From NCBI RefSeq assembly GCF_009914755.1, contig NC_060936.1: DNA of 64,000 bases; one strand, 5' to 3'. Shown in pieces: positions 36,101-58,706 of the stretch; within the stretch, counting starts at the first letter, position 1; each line of letters opens with the position of its first letter. A program made the translations under genes and the position numbers. The notes under the pieces are model-generated. The model worked only from the letters and a program-made list of their open reading frames with translations. It was not told the origin of the DNA and ran no database searches. This stretch comes from the human T2T-CHM13v2.0 reference genome, Homo sapiens.

Positions 36101-38601
36101 GCAGTGGTTCCCCTTTCCTACCATGTCCCATGCATATAGGAGGAGCTGCAGAAGCAAGGCCAGGGCCATTCAGGCCGGCTGATTATTCATCATCAGACCG
36201 TGGACCCCCTTGCTCCTGTCCCATTTTAGCCCCGTGTGGGACTCCCCACCCTCTGGCTCCAGGAGGTGGTCCAGGGGGACAAGGAGATGCCCAGGCTAAT
36301 GGGAGACAAAACATCCTTGACACCCAGACAGACTAATGGCCAGAACTATGGATCCTGGACAGCTGTTGACTTGAGGGCTGTACAATGGAATGGTCATAGA
36401 TGGGAAGATCAACTAGAGAGAAGAGTGGTTTTCAGAAAATGTCCTCGAGGAGGGAGTATGGGGCAGGGCTTAAGAAAGGGGGTGCAGCAAGGGGGGAAAC
36501 CAAGAGGCGGAAGTAGGCTTCTAAAAGGCCACACACTATACCTCTCTTCTGCAGTGGGTGTCACGGCTGATGAAATGAGTATGAGGGGGCTCCACATGGG
36601 GCCTATAGGAGGGGGTCTTTTCTCACCTATGACCTCCACTCCTTCAAGAATGTAGTGGCCGTGGGGGCTGGCTTCTGTGATGGCCTGGGCTTTGGCGACA
36701 ACACCAAGGCGGCAGTGATCCGGCTGGGACTCATGGAGATGATAGCCTTCGCCAAGCTCTTCTGCAGTGGCCCTGTGTCCTCTGCCACCTTCTTGGAGAG
36801 CTGTGGTGTTGCTGACCTGATCACTACCTGCTATGGAGGGCGGAACCGGAAAGTGGCTGAGGCCTTTGCGCGTACAGGAAAGGTGGGCCCCGGGAGAAGG
36901 GAGAACAGAGGGGCGGCTCTGTAGGCATCCAGGTAGAGGTGCTTGGCGGGAGGCATCTCTGGAGCACAAACATTAAGACTGTTGTGCACATCCCCATCCC
37001 TCTTTTCCTCCCAAGACCCCACTCCCATCTGAGCTCCAGTCTCTCCACCCCCTACTGACAACCCTTCTCTCCCATTTCCATCCACTCATCCTGTTTTCTG
37101 CACAGTCCATTGAGCAGCTGGAGAAAGAGTTGCTGAATGGGCAGAAACTGCAGGGGCCCGAGACAGCCCGGGAGCTATACAGCATCCTCCAGCACAAGGG
37201 CCTGGTAGACAAGTAAGTATTGGCCACAGCCCCACTGATTAAGGGAGCCACAGCCAGAAGTGCTCGCCCTGTTCATCATCTTCCTAAACCTGCCACAAAT
37301 CTGTGAAGTGGACAGAAAGGGGAGTATTACCTTACATTTCAGACAGAGTCCAGAGCTTGCAGAGTCTGGCATGCCCATTGTCCGCCAGCTAGTTCATGGT
37401 CTTTGAACTCCTTCCAGTCTAGTGCTCTTCACACTACATTACCTGGATCCCTTTGTGCCCCTCCTTCCTTGTCCTCTGCTCTGGGGTTGGAGCTCTGGGG
37501 CAGCAGGAATAAGCTCATCCCACTTCTGTCCATCACCCCTAGTTTGAGTCTCTTCCCCAAGGCCAACCCATCTGTTCCCTGAATCCTGTTCTGGGTGCTG
37601 AGGTGTAAGGAGAAGGATGGGCTTCAAGGTGCTCGTTTTCAGAAAGACAGCGGGGGTGATTGGGCTGATCAGAGCAGAGCTGTGCTGGTCTGAGAAAGAC
37701 TCCTAGAAGAAGACAGTATGAAACAGGTTCAGAATATCCACTCATGACTGGTCAGGGTAAAGCTTGGAAAAGGGAGCAGCTGGGCAAAAGGACAGTAAGA
37801 AGGAAATGAGTATTTATTAAGCACTTTCACATCATACCTAATTACATCTTCACATACACAATCATTCCTTTGTTATATTGGCCCCATTTTACAGTTGGTG
37901 ACACTGAGGCTCAGAGAGGTTAAGTGGGTTGCTCAAGGCTGGGTGTGGTGTCTCACACCTGTAATCCCAGCACTTTGGGAGGCCAAGGTGGGTGGATCAC
38001 GAGGTCAGGAGTTTGAGCTCAGCCTGACCAACATGGTGAAACCCCATCTCTACTAAAAATACAAAAATTAGTCAGGCATGGTGGTGTGTGCCTGTAATCC
38101 CAGCTACTCAGGAGGCTGATGCAGGAGAATCGCTTGAACCTGGGAGGCGGAGGTTGCAGTGAGCCAAGATTGCACCACTGCGCTCCAGCCTAGGCGACAG
38201 AGCGAGAGTCTGTCTCAAAAAAAAAAAAAAAAAAAAAAAAGTGGGTTGCCCAGTTGGCACAGAAAATCCAAGCCAGAGAATCATGCAGGCCAGTTCAACA
38301 TGGTAGGGAGCAGGGCAATTAGCAATCTGACCTTAAACCTAGGGCTAGGGAGTTCACATTCTCAGAAGGTAGAAACTCACAGCCATCCTTCCTGAGCTCC
38401 AAGGTGGGAGGGCAAGGGACAGGAGGGTTAGGCAGTGAGTGGGGGTGGGGGTAGAGTGGACCAGGAGTGGGAGGCTAAGCTGAGCCTTTCCCTCTCCAAT
38501 CTAGGTTTCCCTTGTTCATGGCTGTGTACAAGGTGTGCTACGAGGGCCAGCCAGTGGGTGAATTCATCCACTGCCTGCAGAATCATCCAGAACATATGTG
38601 A
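33133..38601 (+). CDS. GPD1: Cytosolic NAD-dependent glycerol-3-phosphate dehydrogenase, 349 aa; join(33133-33173,33656-33833,34630-34770,35370-35508,35887-35999,36649-36882,37106-37212,38505-38601)
   Basis: Rossmann motif IVGSGNWG, CGALKNVVA catalytic Lys motif, [15 protein letters not shown]-terminus NHPEHM*. Exons sum to 1050 nt. Confidence 0.97.
33656..33833 (+). CDS. GPD1: GPD1 exon 2
   Basis: GSAIAKIVG...LPPNV; |GTGAGC. Confidence 0.95.
34630..34770 (+). CDS. GPD1: GPD1 exon 3
   Basis: [24 protein letters not shown]...SLIK; AAG|GTGCCA. Confidence 0.95.
35370..35508 (+). CDS. GPD1: GPD1 exon 4
   Basis: [13 protein letters not shown]...CETTI; G|GTGAGA. Confidence 0.95.
35711..35835 (+). 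mobile_element. FLAM/Alu monomer in GPD1 intron 4
   Basis: Left-monomer consensus with short A-tail. Confidence 0.8.
35887..35999 (+). CDS. GPD1: GPD1 exon 5
   Basis: CKDPAQG...ICGALK; |GTGAGA. Confidence 0.95.
36649..36882 (+). CDS. GPD1: GPD1 exon 6
   Basis: [12 protein letters not shown]...ARTGK; |GTGGGC. Confidence 0.95.
37106..37212 (+). CDS. GPD1: GPD1 exon 7
   Basis: [20 protein letters not shown]...GLVD; AA|GTAAGT. Confidence 0.95.
37936..38240 (+). mobile_element. Alu inserted in a MIR in GPD1 intron 7
   Basis: TSD AAGTGGGTTGC; MIR core upstream (cattttacag..actgaggctcagagaggttaag). Confidence 0.9.
38505..38601 (+). CDS. GPD1: GPD1 exon 8 CDS
   Basis: [13 protein letters not shown]...NHPEHM, TGA 38599-38601. 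Confidence 0.95.
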
Positions 38602-40371
38602 GTGGGGCCAGGGCCCAGGCCAGGCCGCTTTTTTACCCCAGTGGAGACCAGCAGAAGCCTGGGGTACCTAGTCACCAGGATCTCCAGGACTCCCAGGGAG
38701 CAGAGTCTTCTCATCTTTTCACTGGAGGACAGGAGGCTATGGGGCCCAGCTACGCACCTGGAGATCCTGAACTGTCAAGCCACTGGCAGCCTCATGCCAC
38801 CACATTTGCCAGAAATGCAGTTGCCCTGTCCCTCTCCAGATGTGGGGCTTTCTCCATATCCTCTGGGAGGGGTGGAATCAAGCCCCAGTGCTGCCTGCTT
38901 GGTGGCGGGGGTGATGTATGTGGAGAAGGGTTGGGGGAGAGGCCGGTAGGGCAGGGGCTGCTAGTGGCTGTCTCACATACACCAGTAATCCTGTTAAAGG
39001 GCTGAAGAAGTATCTTAGCCACAGGAGCGATGAGGCAAGGATTGTCAGGGAGGGGTCTGGGCTTCTGAGCTGATGCAGGCCCCAAGGACCCCTTTGCTGA
39101 CCTCTGCCAGGACCCACACAGCTTCGATGGATCTCAGTGTTTGTTAACAAAATACAAAGATCTCAAACAAACCCCTTTTAGCTTCTCCTAGCAACATCTG
39201 TGTCCTCAGAAACCTCTGGTTCTCCCCCTTCCCCCTCCCCCAGGCTGCCCTGGCACCCAAATTGCTGCCATGCTGGCATCTGTAGCTCGGTGGCTTGACA
39301 TTCTCCCCAGGGACTTCCCGGTTCCTAGTTCTTTGCCAGCTCCTCCCCACTCTGTGCGACCTTTCCAAGCCTTCCCTCACCCTCCCCGCCAGCACCCTCT
39401 TTGGGGAGCAGGAACTTAATCTGCTGACAGAGCTACACCTTTCATAACAGGCTCAGATCACTCAGCTCCCTGTGACCTTTGTATTCACCCAGGCTTCCTT
39501 CTCAGTAGCTCTAGCTGGGGGAGGTGTCAGCTGGGCCCCTCCTGTGCTATCTCCCCAGAGGACATCCCTGACTCCACCCCTTTCTTCCTCCCAAACTCTG
39601 CACCTCTTCCTCAGCTGCTCCAGACCGGCCAGGGTAACCAGCTAACCATGCCTGGCATCTGGAAGCCAGCAGGCCAGAGGGTGGCCCAAAGGCTGATGAA
39701 CGGTAGGGAAGGGTGAGCAGATTCCTATGTTGGTGGGCACCAATATTCCAAGGGCAGCTCTCTTTGCTGAATGAGGGCCTTCTCGTGAGGTACTGACAAC
39801 ACCAGCAACTCGAGAGCTGGGAAACTCAAGGAGGAGGAAGAAAATCAAAACCACCCTACTCCCTGGGGTGAGGAAAGAACAGGAGGGGAGGAGGAGGAGT
39901 GTGCTCTGCACTTGCCTTGCTCCAGGATGGGGTGGCAGCAGAGGAATGTCACAGGTCAGCAGCCTAGGCCTCCAGCTATAAATAGTCCGGAGGGCCCGAG
40001 AGGCTCCCGCCCGTCCAGCAGGGCTGTCAGCTTCCTGTGTGGCAGCACCTGGCACACTGGCTCTGGCCAGCATTATGCTAAAACCCTGTTACTCTCCAAT
40101 GAACCAGGGAGGCGGGCTCCTCTCTGCGCCTATCCCTTGAGAATTCTGTCTTACCAGTGAAGGGTGGGGCTGCCCAGATCAGGCAGCAGGAGTGAGGGGC
40201 ACAGTCACCCCAGGCCTTGCTGAGCCCAGGTCTGGGTACTGAGTGTCCAGAGCTGCCTCCCCAGGAGGTTAAGGTGGGGGCAAAGGGGAAGCTTCAAGCA
40301 CTTTGCCTACTTTTGTTCACTCCCCAGTGCACTGTGACTCAGGCCTTCCCATCAGGCCTATTTGTCTACCC

Positions 40372-40377
40372 AATAAA
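40372..40377 (+). terminator. GPD1: GPD1 polyadenylation signal
   Basis: AATAAA about 1.8 kb after the stop; GT-rich sequence downstream. Confidence 0.8.
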
Positions 40378-40509
40378 GCGTGTTTTTTCCAGAAACAAGA
40401 AGAGTTGGGAGAGGGAGCTTCAGTGCATGTGGCAGTGCGTGTGCTGGCGCGTATCATTGCACGTATGTTTTCCCTCTTACCGTAGGAAAAATGAAAAAAG
40501 AAATCCCTC

Positions 40510-41700
40510 CTCCATAATCGCAGCTACTCCAGGGGTCAGCGGCGGTGCCCACTCAGTCCCCATCCCTCTCTCTCCCCTCCCGCCAGCGCCCCCTCCCGCC
40601 CTCGCCGCAAGCTGGCCCCGGCCTTGCCGGCCCTTCTTAGGGGCTTTATCATGCCTCCTGCAAGAATAGAGATCACACACGGGACGGAAACGTTAGACTC
40701 TCATCCCTTGTGCCCATTCCTTGGTCACGGGCCAAGCTGCCGCATCCTTAGCGGTCCAGGCATCGCGGTGCCCCTCGGGCCCCTACCTGGACTAGGCCCA
40801 CAGCCGGGCTCTAGGGGGCGCGCGATCCACCTCCAGAAGGCCGGCTGCGAAAATCTACCCAGCTACTGGCGACGTCACCGCACCGTAGGCTGAGGATTGG
40901 CTGACTCTGATTTAGCATCCTAAAACTTCCGGTTCCAGAGCTTGGCTCGCCAAAGACCCTCCCTCGAGGGAGAGAAACCACAGCCCCCAGAATTCAGCGG
41001 GCCTCTCCGAGAGCACGGCGCGTCTGAGGATGCGTAGTAAGGATAACGGGCCCGGAAGCCGGAAGTTCAAAGCCGGCCTCCAGCCAGAGTGACGGCCTGC
41101 GCGGACTCCCGCCTTAGTGGGCGGAGTTGTGCCGCGTCTGATGCGCAGTTCCCTTTATAGCGCGGCAAGCCGAATCCTAGAGGCTAACCCGGCAGGTGGG
41201 AGGGAGAAAGTTGCTTTCTGCACCAATAGCTGAGGCGTTCAGGGTTGTCCAGGGACGCTACCCTCACGTGTCTGGTTCCGAGTGCTGCGTTCGGCTGTGC
41301 TGGGAAGTTGCGTAGACAGTGGCCTCGAGACCCTGCCTGCCTGAGGAGGCCTCGGTTGGATGCGAAGGAGCTGCAGCATCCAGGTACGCTGCCGGCTAGG
41401 GCCGAGCAGGGGCTGCCAGTCCCACTGCCTGCGCGCCCACCTGGGCCAGTCTCCGCTTGCCGCGTCCTCCCATCCCCTAGTCTGCAGGCCTGGTGCCCTT
41501 GAATTCACCCGCTTCTGTTGCGTTGCGGACCGCGAGCTGCACTGCTTCCTGCCCAAGCCCAAGCTCCTCGCAGCAGTAGGTCAGTCTTGCTAGAGCTCAG
41601 CGCTAATCCTGTCAAACCTCGACTCCTGCCTGGCGTCTCGACCCTCCACGCTCCAACTCTGCCTCTTCCTTGCTCTATAGACCTCTGCGTCCTGATAAGT
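40510..41700 (+). promoter_or_regulatory. COX14: COX14 CpG-island promoter with non-coding first exon(s)
   Basis: CpG-dense; tandem ETS/GABP sites CCGGAAGCCGGAAGT (41052-41066) and ACTTCCGG (~40925); GC boxes; CCAAT (41223); donors CAG|GTACGC (41384), CAG|GTGGGA (41196), TAG|GTCAGT (41580). Confidence 0.8.
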
Positions 41701-41990
41701 GGCTCTCCGGGGCACCCTTCGTGCATATCGGCTATCCAGCTCCACCTCTTGACCGCTTTCACTTCCTGGAATGCTCTCACTGCTCCTCTTCTCCAGGCCA
41801 TCCTTCTAAAAAGACAGTTCCACTCCCACCCCGATTCCCACCCCTACACCTTTCTGCTAAGTTTTCTCAAGCCCCCACCCTGTCTTTGAGCTGTTGTCTC
41901 TGAACTCTCACAGTGCCTCTCCATGAGACCATAAGCTCCTGTATGACAGAAGCCATGTTCTTTTTAGCGGCCTCCGTAGCATGATGTACG

Positions 41991-42040
41991 TTATGTTATG
42001 TTATGTTATGTTATGTTATGTTATGTTATGTTATGTTATG

Positions 42041-42044
<4 letters not shown>
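41991..42044 (+). repeat. (TTATG)10 pentanucleotide microsatellite derived from an Alu tail
   Basis: Perfect 5-mer run adjoining the 3' end of an antisense Alu. Confidence 0.95.
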
Positions 42045-47895
<5,851 letters not shown>

Positions 47896-48496
47896 TTATT
47901 TTATTGAGGTAGTCTTCCTGACTTTTAAGAAACCTATCCCGCTAATTTCAGTCAGTCTTTTAATTTCAGTTCCCTCAACAGAGTAGCACCTAGGAACACA
48001 TTCATAGTCCCAAATTGAGGGACATTTTGTTCCAGATGAGGGATTCTCTACTAAACTTTCTCTTGTTTCCTAGCTTGGAATATCCAGGGAACAGTTAAAT
48101 TAGAAGTAATTTATCTCATGCAAATATGAGTTAACAATTTGCTGGGGACCCAGTAAGTTTCTTTTTAGCCTGTGGGATAGGTTCTTAGTGTTGGGTTTAG
48201 AACGTAGAATTAATACTGTAGAAGGTTAAGTATAATTGAAATAATATAAAAGTACTTTTGACACTATTTCAGTTATATTATAGCTTAAACAAGCTTTAGT
48301 GTTGACTTGGAAACCTAACCACCATGAATAAGATCGTTTTTATGGGGAAACAAATTGGATATTGCCTGAAAGGTTCCCATTTGATCTTCCTAGAGAGAAT
48401 AATTCACTGCAAATGTTTCATTTCTGCTACCTCCATTAGTTCCCTCCTAGCTAGAAAAACTGATGCTTGCTTAATGTTACCAGTTAGAGCAGCCCT

Positions 48497-48797
48497 GGCT
48501 GGTGCAGTGGCTCATGCCTGTACACAATCCCAGCACTTTGGGAGGCCAAGGTGGGAGGATCACTTGAGCCCAGGAGTTCAAGAGCAGCCCTGGCAACATA
48601 CATAGCAAGACCCTGTCTCTACAAAAGTAGAAAAACTGGGCGGTGTGGTGGTACACACCTGTAGCGTCAGCTACTTGGGAGGCTGAGGTGGGAGGGTGGA
48701 CTTCAGCCCAGGAGGTTGAAGCTGCAATGAGTCATACTCACACCACTGCACTCCAGCCTGGGCAACAGAGTGAGAACCTGTCTCAAAACAAAACAAA
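48497..48797 (+). mobile_element. Sense AluJ-like element
   Basis: Diverged consensus, (AAAAC)n tail. Confidence 0.88.
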
Positions 48798-49133
48798 CCC
48801 CAGCAGTCCAGGCTGGTCCATGCCATTCACTTCTGTCCACAGGCATGGAAGGCCAAATGTTGGCTTTGATGACATTCAGAGACACCTGGTTCCAGGCTTG
48901 TTTCTGTATCTTGTAGGCACATTTTATTTGCCCTTTTGAATCATAGAGTTCCTAAATGATATCTTCCAGTATCCCTATGAGACTTTACCTAGATATAGGG
49001 GCCATTCAGTATAGAGTGCAGACAGACCAAGCAGGATGCAGAAGTTATGGAATGGCGTTAAACAGGGAGATGGGCTGGGCAGATGAGGCCTTATCCTCAG
49101 GTCTAAATTCAATCTGTCTTTGTAGGGGACAAG

Positions 49134-49307
49134 ATGCCAACTGGCAAGCAGCTAGCTGACATTGGCTATAAGACCTTCTCTACCTCCATGATGCTTCTCA
49201 CTGTGTATGGGGGGTACCTCTGCAGTGTCCGAGTCTACCACTATTTCCAGTGGCGCAGGGCCCAGCGCCAGGCCGCAGAAGAACAGAAGACCTCAGGAAT
49301 CATGTAG
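49134..49307 (+). CDS. COX14: Cytochrome c oxidase assembly factor COX14 (C12orf62), 57 aa single-pass protein [57 protein letters not shown]
   Basis: Hand-translated (below the ORF-track cutoff); acceptor tctttgtag| with exon start at 49126; aagATG; TAG 49305-49307; recognised sequence. Confidence 0.95.
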   Translation: MPTGKQLADIGYKTFSTSMMLLTVYGGYLCSVRVYHYFQWRRAQRQAAEEQKTSGIM

Positions 49308-49523
49308 AACTGGGGGGCTTTTTCTCCTGAGCAGAGAGGCCCAAGGCATGCTGTGGAGAGACTTCACCTGCCACCATTTCCAGGTCAACAGGACTAGAGC
49401 GTTGATGGTTTTCAAACCCTGTTGGAAGAAAGTGCCCATGGTTTCTCTGGTTCTGCCAGTTTGACAGTTTATGGAGGCTTTTGAATCGTAATAGCAATGT
49501 GAGGGTGAGGTACACCTACAGAC

Positions 49524-49529
49524 ATTAAA
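49524..49529 (+). terminator. COX14: COX14 polyadenylation signal
   Basis: ATTAAA followed by a GT/T-rich tract (gtgtcttggtgttttttgttt). Confidence 0.75.
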
Positions 49530-50293
49530 TAATTTGCTGTGTCTGTGTCTTGGTGTTTTTTGTTTACCCAAATAGCATATGGACCACAAAAGGGGAGCCT
49601 TGACTACCAGTTTTCTGGGTATAGACTGGATTACCATATCTTGAGCTCTTAGCACCCATGAAGTGGGTGATATACAGCTCCAGGAGTAGTATCTGCCCTC
49701 ATGATCTTAGAGGAAAGGTTGTCCCAGGATTTATATAAATCCCCTGAAATAATTCTGTAAGGAGCTTTTCTCTGGGTAGAGCCCATTCCTGAGCTGATTA
49801 CTGGATCTAGGTATCTGGTTACTCTGGCCAGCATGGCCACATGTGCAGCTCTGCATCAAGGAGGGTAGAGGCCCTTGTTTGACAGCCGTAATCAAACTGC
49901 ATGCAGCAGAGGAGGATAGTTCGCAAGAGGAAGGGCTGTTGGGCAGCGTGTGGTAAAGCAGTTCACCTCCTTAAGCTCAGTGGGTGTAGTAGAGCATAAG
50001 GATAGATTCACTGTGCTACTGCACGGGAAACCTACCTGGAGGTTTTATTGCAGAGATGTGAAGAGGATTTGAAAGAAAACAAAGTGCTTTCAAGACCTCA
50101 TTAGGAAGTGAGAGATCCTTGCCACCATTCCATTTTGAGCTTTGAGGCTCAGCTGGTTCACCTCATTCTTGATGATTGCCCAGAATATCAGCCTCTCTGG
50201 ACACCTGTCCTCTCCCATACACTCATGTGCAGACTGCGCTGACCTTTGCCCCTGCTCATAAACCTCTTCCATGATTTTAAAACACCAACTTTC

Positions 50294-52335
<2,042 letters not shown>

Positions 52336-52389
52336 GGTATTGGGCTGTATAGATGAGAACCACTGGCTACAGGGTCAAGGTCAGTGCAG

Positions 52390-52732
52390 TGTCTTGGTTT
52401 GGGTGGCTAAAGCAAATTACCATAGATGGTAATAGCAATTTATTTCTCATAGTTCTAGAGGCTGGGAAATCCAGGATCAAGTTGCCAGCAGATCCAGTGC
52501 ATCATGAGGACACACCTCCTGGTTTGCAGATGGTCGTCTTGCTGTGTCCTCACATGGCAGAAAGAGGAAGCAAGCTCTCCTTGTTTGTTTTATAAGGGCA
52601 CTAATCCCATCACGAGAGGTCCATCCTCAGAACCTAATGACCCCCTAAAGAGCCCACCTAATGCTGTCCCACTGGGGGTTAGGGTTTTGACATTGGAATT
52701 TTGAGGAGGACACAAACATGCAGTCCATAACA
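52390..52732 (-). mobile_element. MaLR solo LTR (MLT1A/MST-type)
   Basis: tttatttctcatagttctagaggctgggaaatccaggatcaag...tataagggcactaatcccatca...cagtccataaca. Confidence 0.8.
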
Positions 52733-53053
52733 CATTCCCTCTCATGATATGCAAGACCTCTTTTTTTTTTTTTTTGAGGTAGGGTCTCCTCTCCGTTGCC
52801 CAGGCGGGAGGGCAGTGGCATGATCATAGCTCACTGCAGCCTCAACCTCCTGGGCTCAAGTGATCCTGCCGCCTCACCCTCCTGAGTAGCTGGGCTACAG
52901 GCACATACCACCACACCTGGCTACTTTTATTATTTTTGTAGAGATGGAGTCTCACTGTTGCCCAGGCTGGTCTCAAACTCTTTGCCTCAAGCAATCCTCC
53001 CACCTTGGCCTCTTAAAATGCTGGGATTATAGGCATGAGCCACCACACCTGGC

Positions 53054-53468
53054 TATGATGGTTAATTTTATATGTCAACCTGACTGGGTCATAGGGTAAC
53101 CACATATTTGGTCTTACTCTGGGTGTATCTATCAGGATATTTCTGGGCCTCATTCAACCCATTGAAGGCCTGTACAGAACAGGAAGGCTGATTAAGAGAG
53201 AATCTCTGTCTTTGAGGTGGAAAATCAGTCTTCTGCCTTGTGACGTGGACTCAGACTGGAACTCATACCGTCAGCTCTCTTGGTTTTCAGGCCTTTGGAA
53301 TTGGCCTGGAACTATACCATTGGCTCTTCTGGGTCCTCAGCTTATCACCTGCAGATCTTGGGACTTCTCAGCCTCCAGAACCATAGAAGCCAATTCCATA
53401 TAGTAAAGCTCTGTCTCTCATCTATATATCTTATCGGTTCTGTTTCTCTGGAGAACAGACTAATGCAT
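53054..53468 (+). mobile_element. ERVL solo LTR (MLT2-type), preceded by an antisense Alu (52761-53053)
   Basis: tgatggttaatttta tatgtcaacctgactggg ... ggttctgtttctctggagaac..actaat. Confidence 0.8.
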
Positions 53469-53816
53469 CCATATTGACAGGAAAATAGTTCATTCATTGT
53501 AATTGCTGTATACTATGCCACTGAATGAGCATATCAATTTGTTCCATTACCCTAGTGAAGCATTATTGGGTTGTTCCCACTTTTCCCCTCTTATAAATCA
53601 ATAGCAATGCAGTGAGTATTTTGTATGTTTACTTGGGCCTATGTGTTAGTTTCTCCAAAGGAGGAAATATCACTGGTATTTAGCTTTACCAGTTGTTAAG
53701 TTGCTTTTCCGAAGTGGTTATGTGAATTTCACTTTCACCAGCATTTCCCTATTCTGTTGGTGTTGAGTGGTTCTATTAATTTTAATTTACATATCATTGA
53801 TATCTGATAAGGTTGA

Positions 53817-56255
<2,439 letters not shown>

Positions 56256-56290
56256 CTTTTTAAACAACTTCTGAGACTAGGTTTCCTCAT

Positions 56291-57142
56291 TGTGGCATAT
56301 TGAATCTTTCATAGATGGCTGCAGCAATGTCTCCCATTCCACTGGTCTTCAGTGACCTTGCCACTTCTTCATCAAGAGGTAGAGTCTCTTACCACCCTGC
56401 CTTGCATCTGGGCAGTCCCTGTGATTACTTTGATCAGTAGCATACAGTGGAAGTGATGGGTGCCACTACTAGACAACACTGTTTTTTTGAGACAGGGTCT
56501 CATTCTGTCGCCCAGGCTGCAGTGCAGTGGTGCAGTCATTGCTCACTGTTAACTTCAAACTCCTGAGCTCAAGTCATCCTCCCACCTGATTCTCCAGAGT
56601 AGCTGGGACTACAGGTGTACACCATAACACTTGGCTAATTTTTTAATTTTTTGTAGAGATGGGGTCTCACCTTGTGCCCACGCTGGTCCCAAACTCTTGG
56701 CCTCAAGCAATCCTTCTGCCTTGGCCTCCTCAAGTGTTGGGATTACAGGCAGGAGCCACCATGCCCAGCCTAGACAACACTCTTAAGTGTCCTAGCAGCT
56801 TCTGCTTCCTGCCTCTTGGAACCTAGCCACCTGTGCAAAGCCCAAGATAATGGAGAGGCATGTACAGGCACTTCAGTTGACAGCCCTGACTGAGCTCCTA
56901 GGGAAAATCCAGCATTGACTGATAGCCAGGCAAAACTAGGTAAGTAAATCATCTTGGACGTCCATTGCACCTGCATCTTCATTCAAATAAATAACTCCAT
57001 TCCCAGCTGAAATCTGACTGCAACCACATGAGATACCTCCAACTGAGCTCAACCAAACAACCACATCATGAGCAATAATAATATTCTGTTAAACCACTAT
57101 GTTTTAGGGTGGTTTGTTACATATTAATAGATAATCACAACA
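56291..57142 (+). mobile_element. MaLR LTR (MLT1-type) interrupted by an antisense Alu (56482-56770)
   Basis: tgtggca...agatggctgc start, ...aaaccactatgttttagggtggtttgttac..aatagataa end; Alu TSD TAGACAACACT. Confidence 0.7.
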
Positions 57143-57312
57143 CTCATTTATGGAATGGGGATAATCCTACTTCTACAGCAGTGTTTTTTTTTTTTTTTTT
57201 AACATACTTGGCTCAGCCAGTGTTTTTTCTTTCTTTTTCTTTTCTTTTTTCTTTTTTTTTTTTTTTAACAGAAGTGTTTCAAACCTTTTAGTTATTGTTG
57301 TATGTGAAATCA

Positions 57313-58706
<1,394 letters not shown>

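Noticed and set aside
38599-38605. Programmed stop-codon readthrough of GPD1
   Set aside because: The context is TGA GTG, not the TGA CTAG readthrough motif
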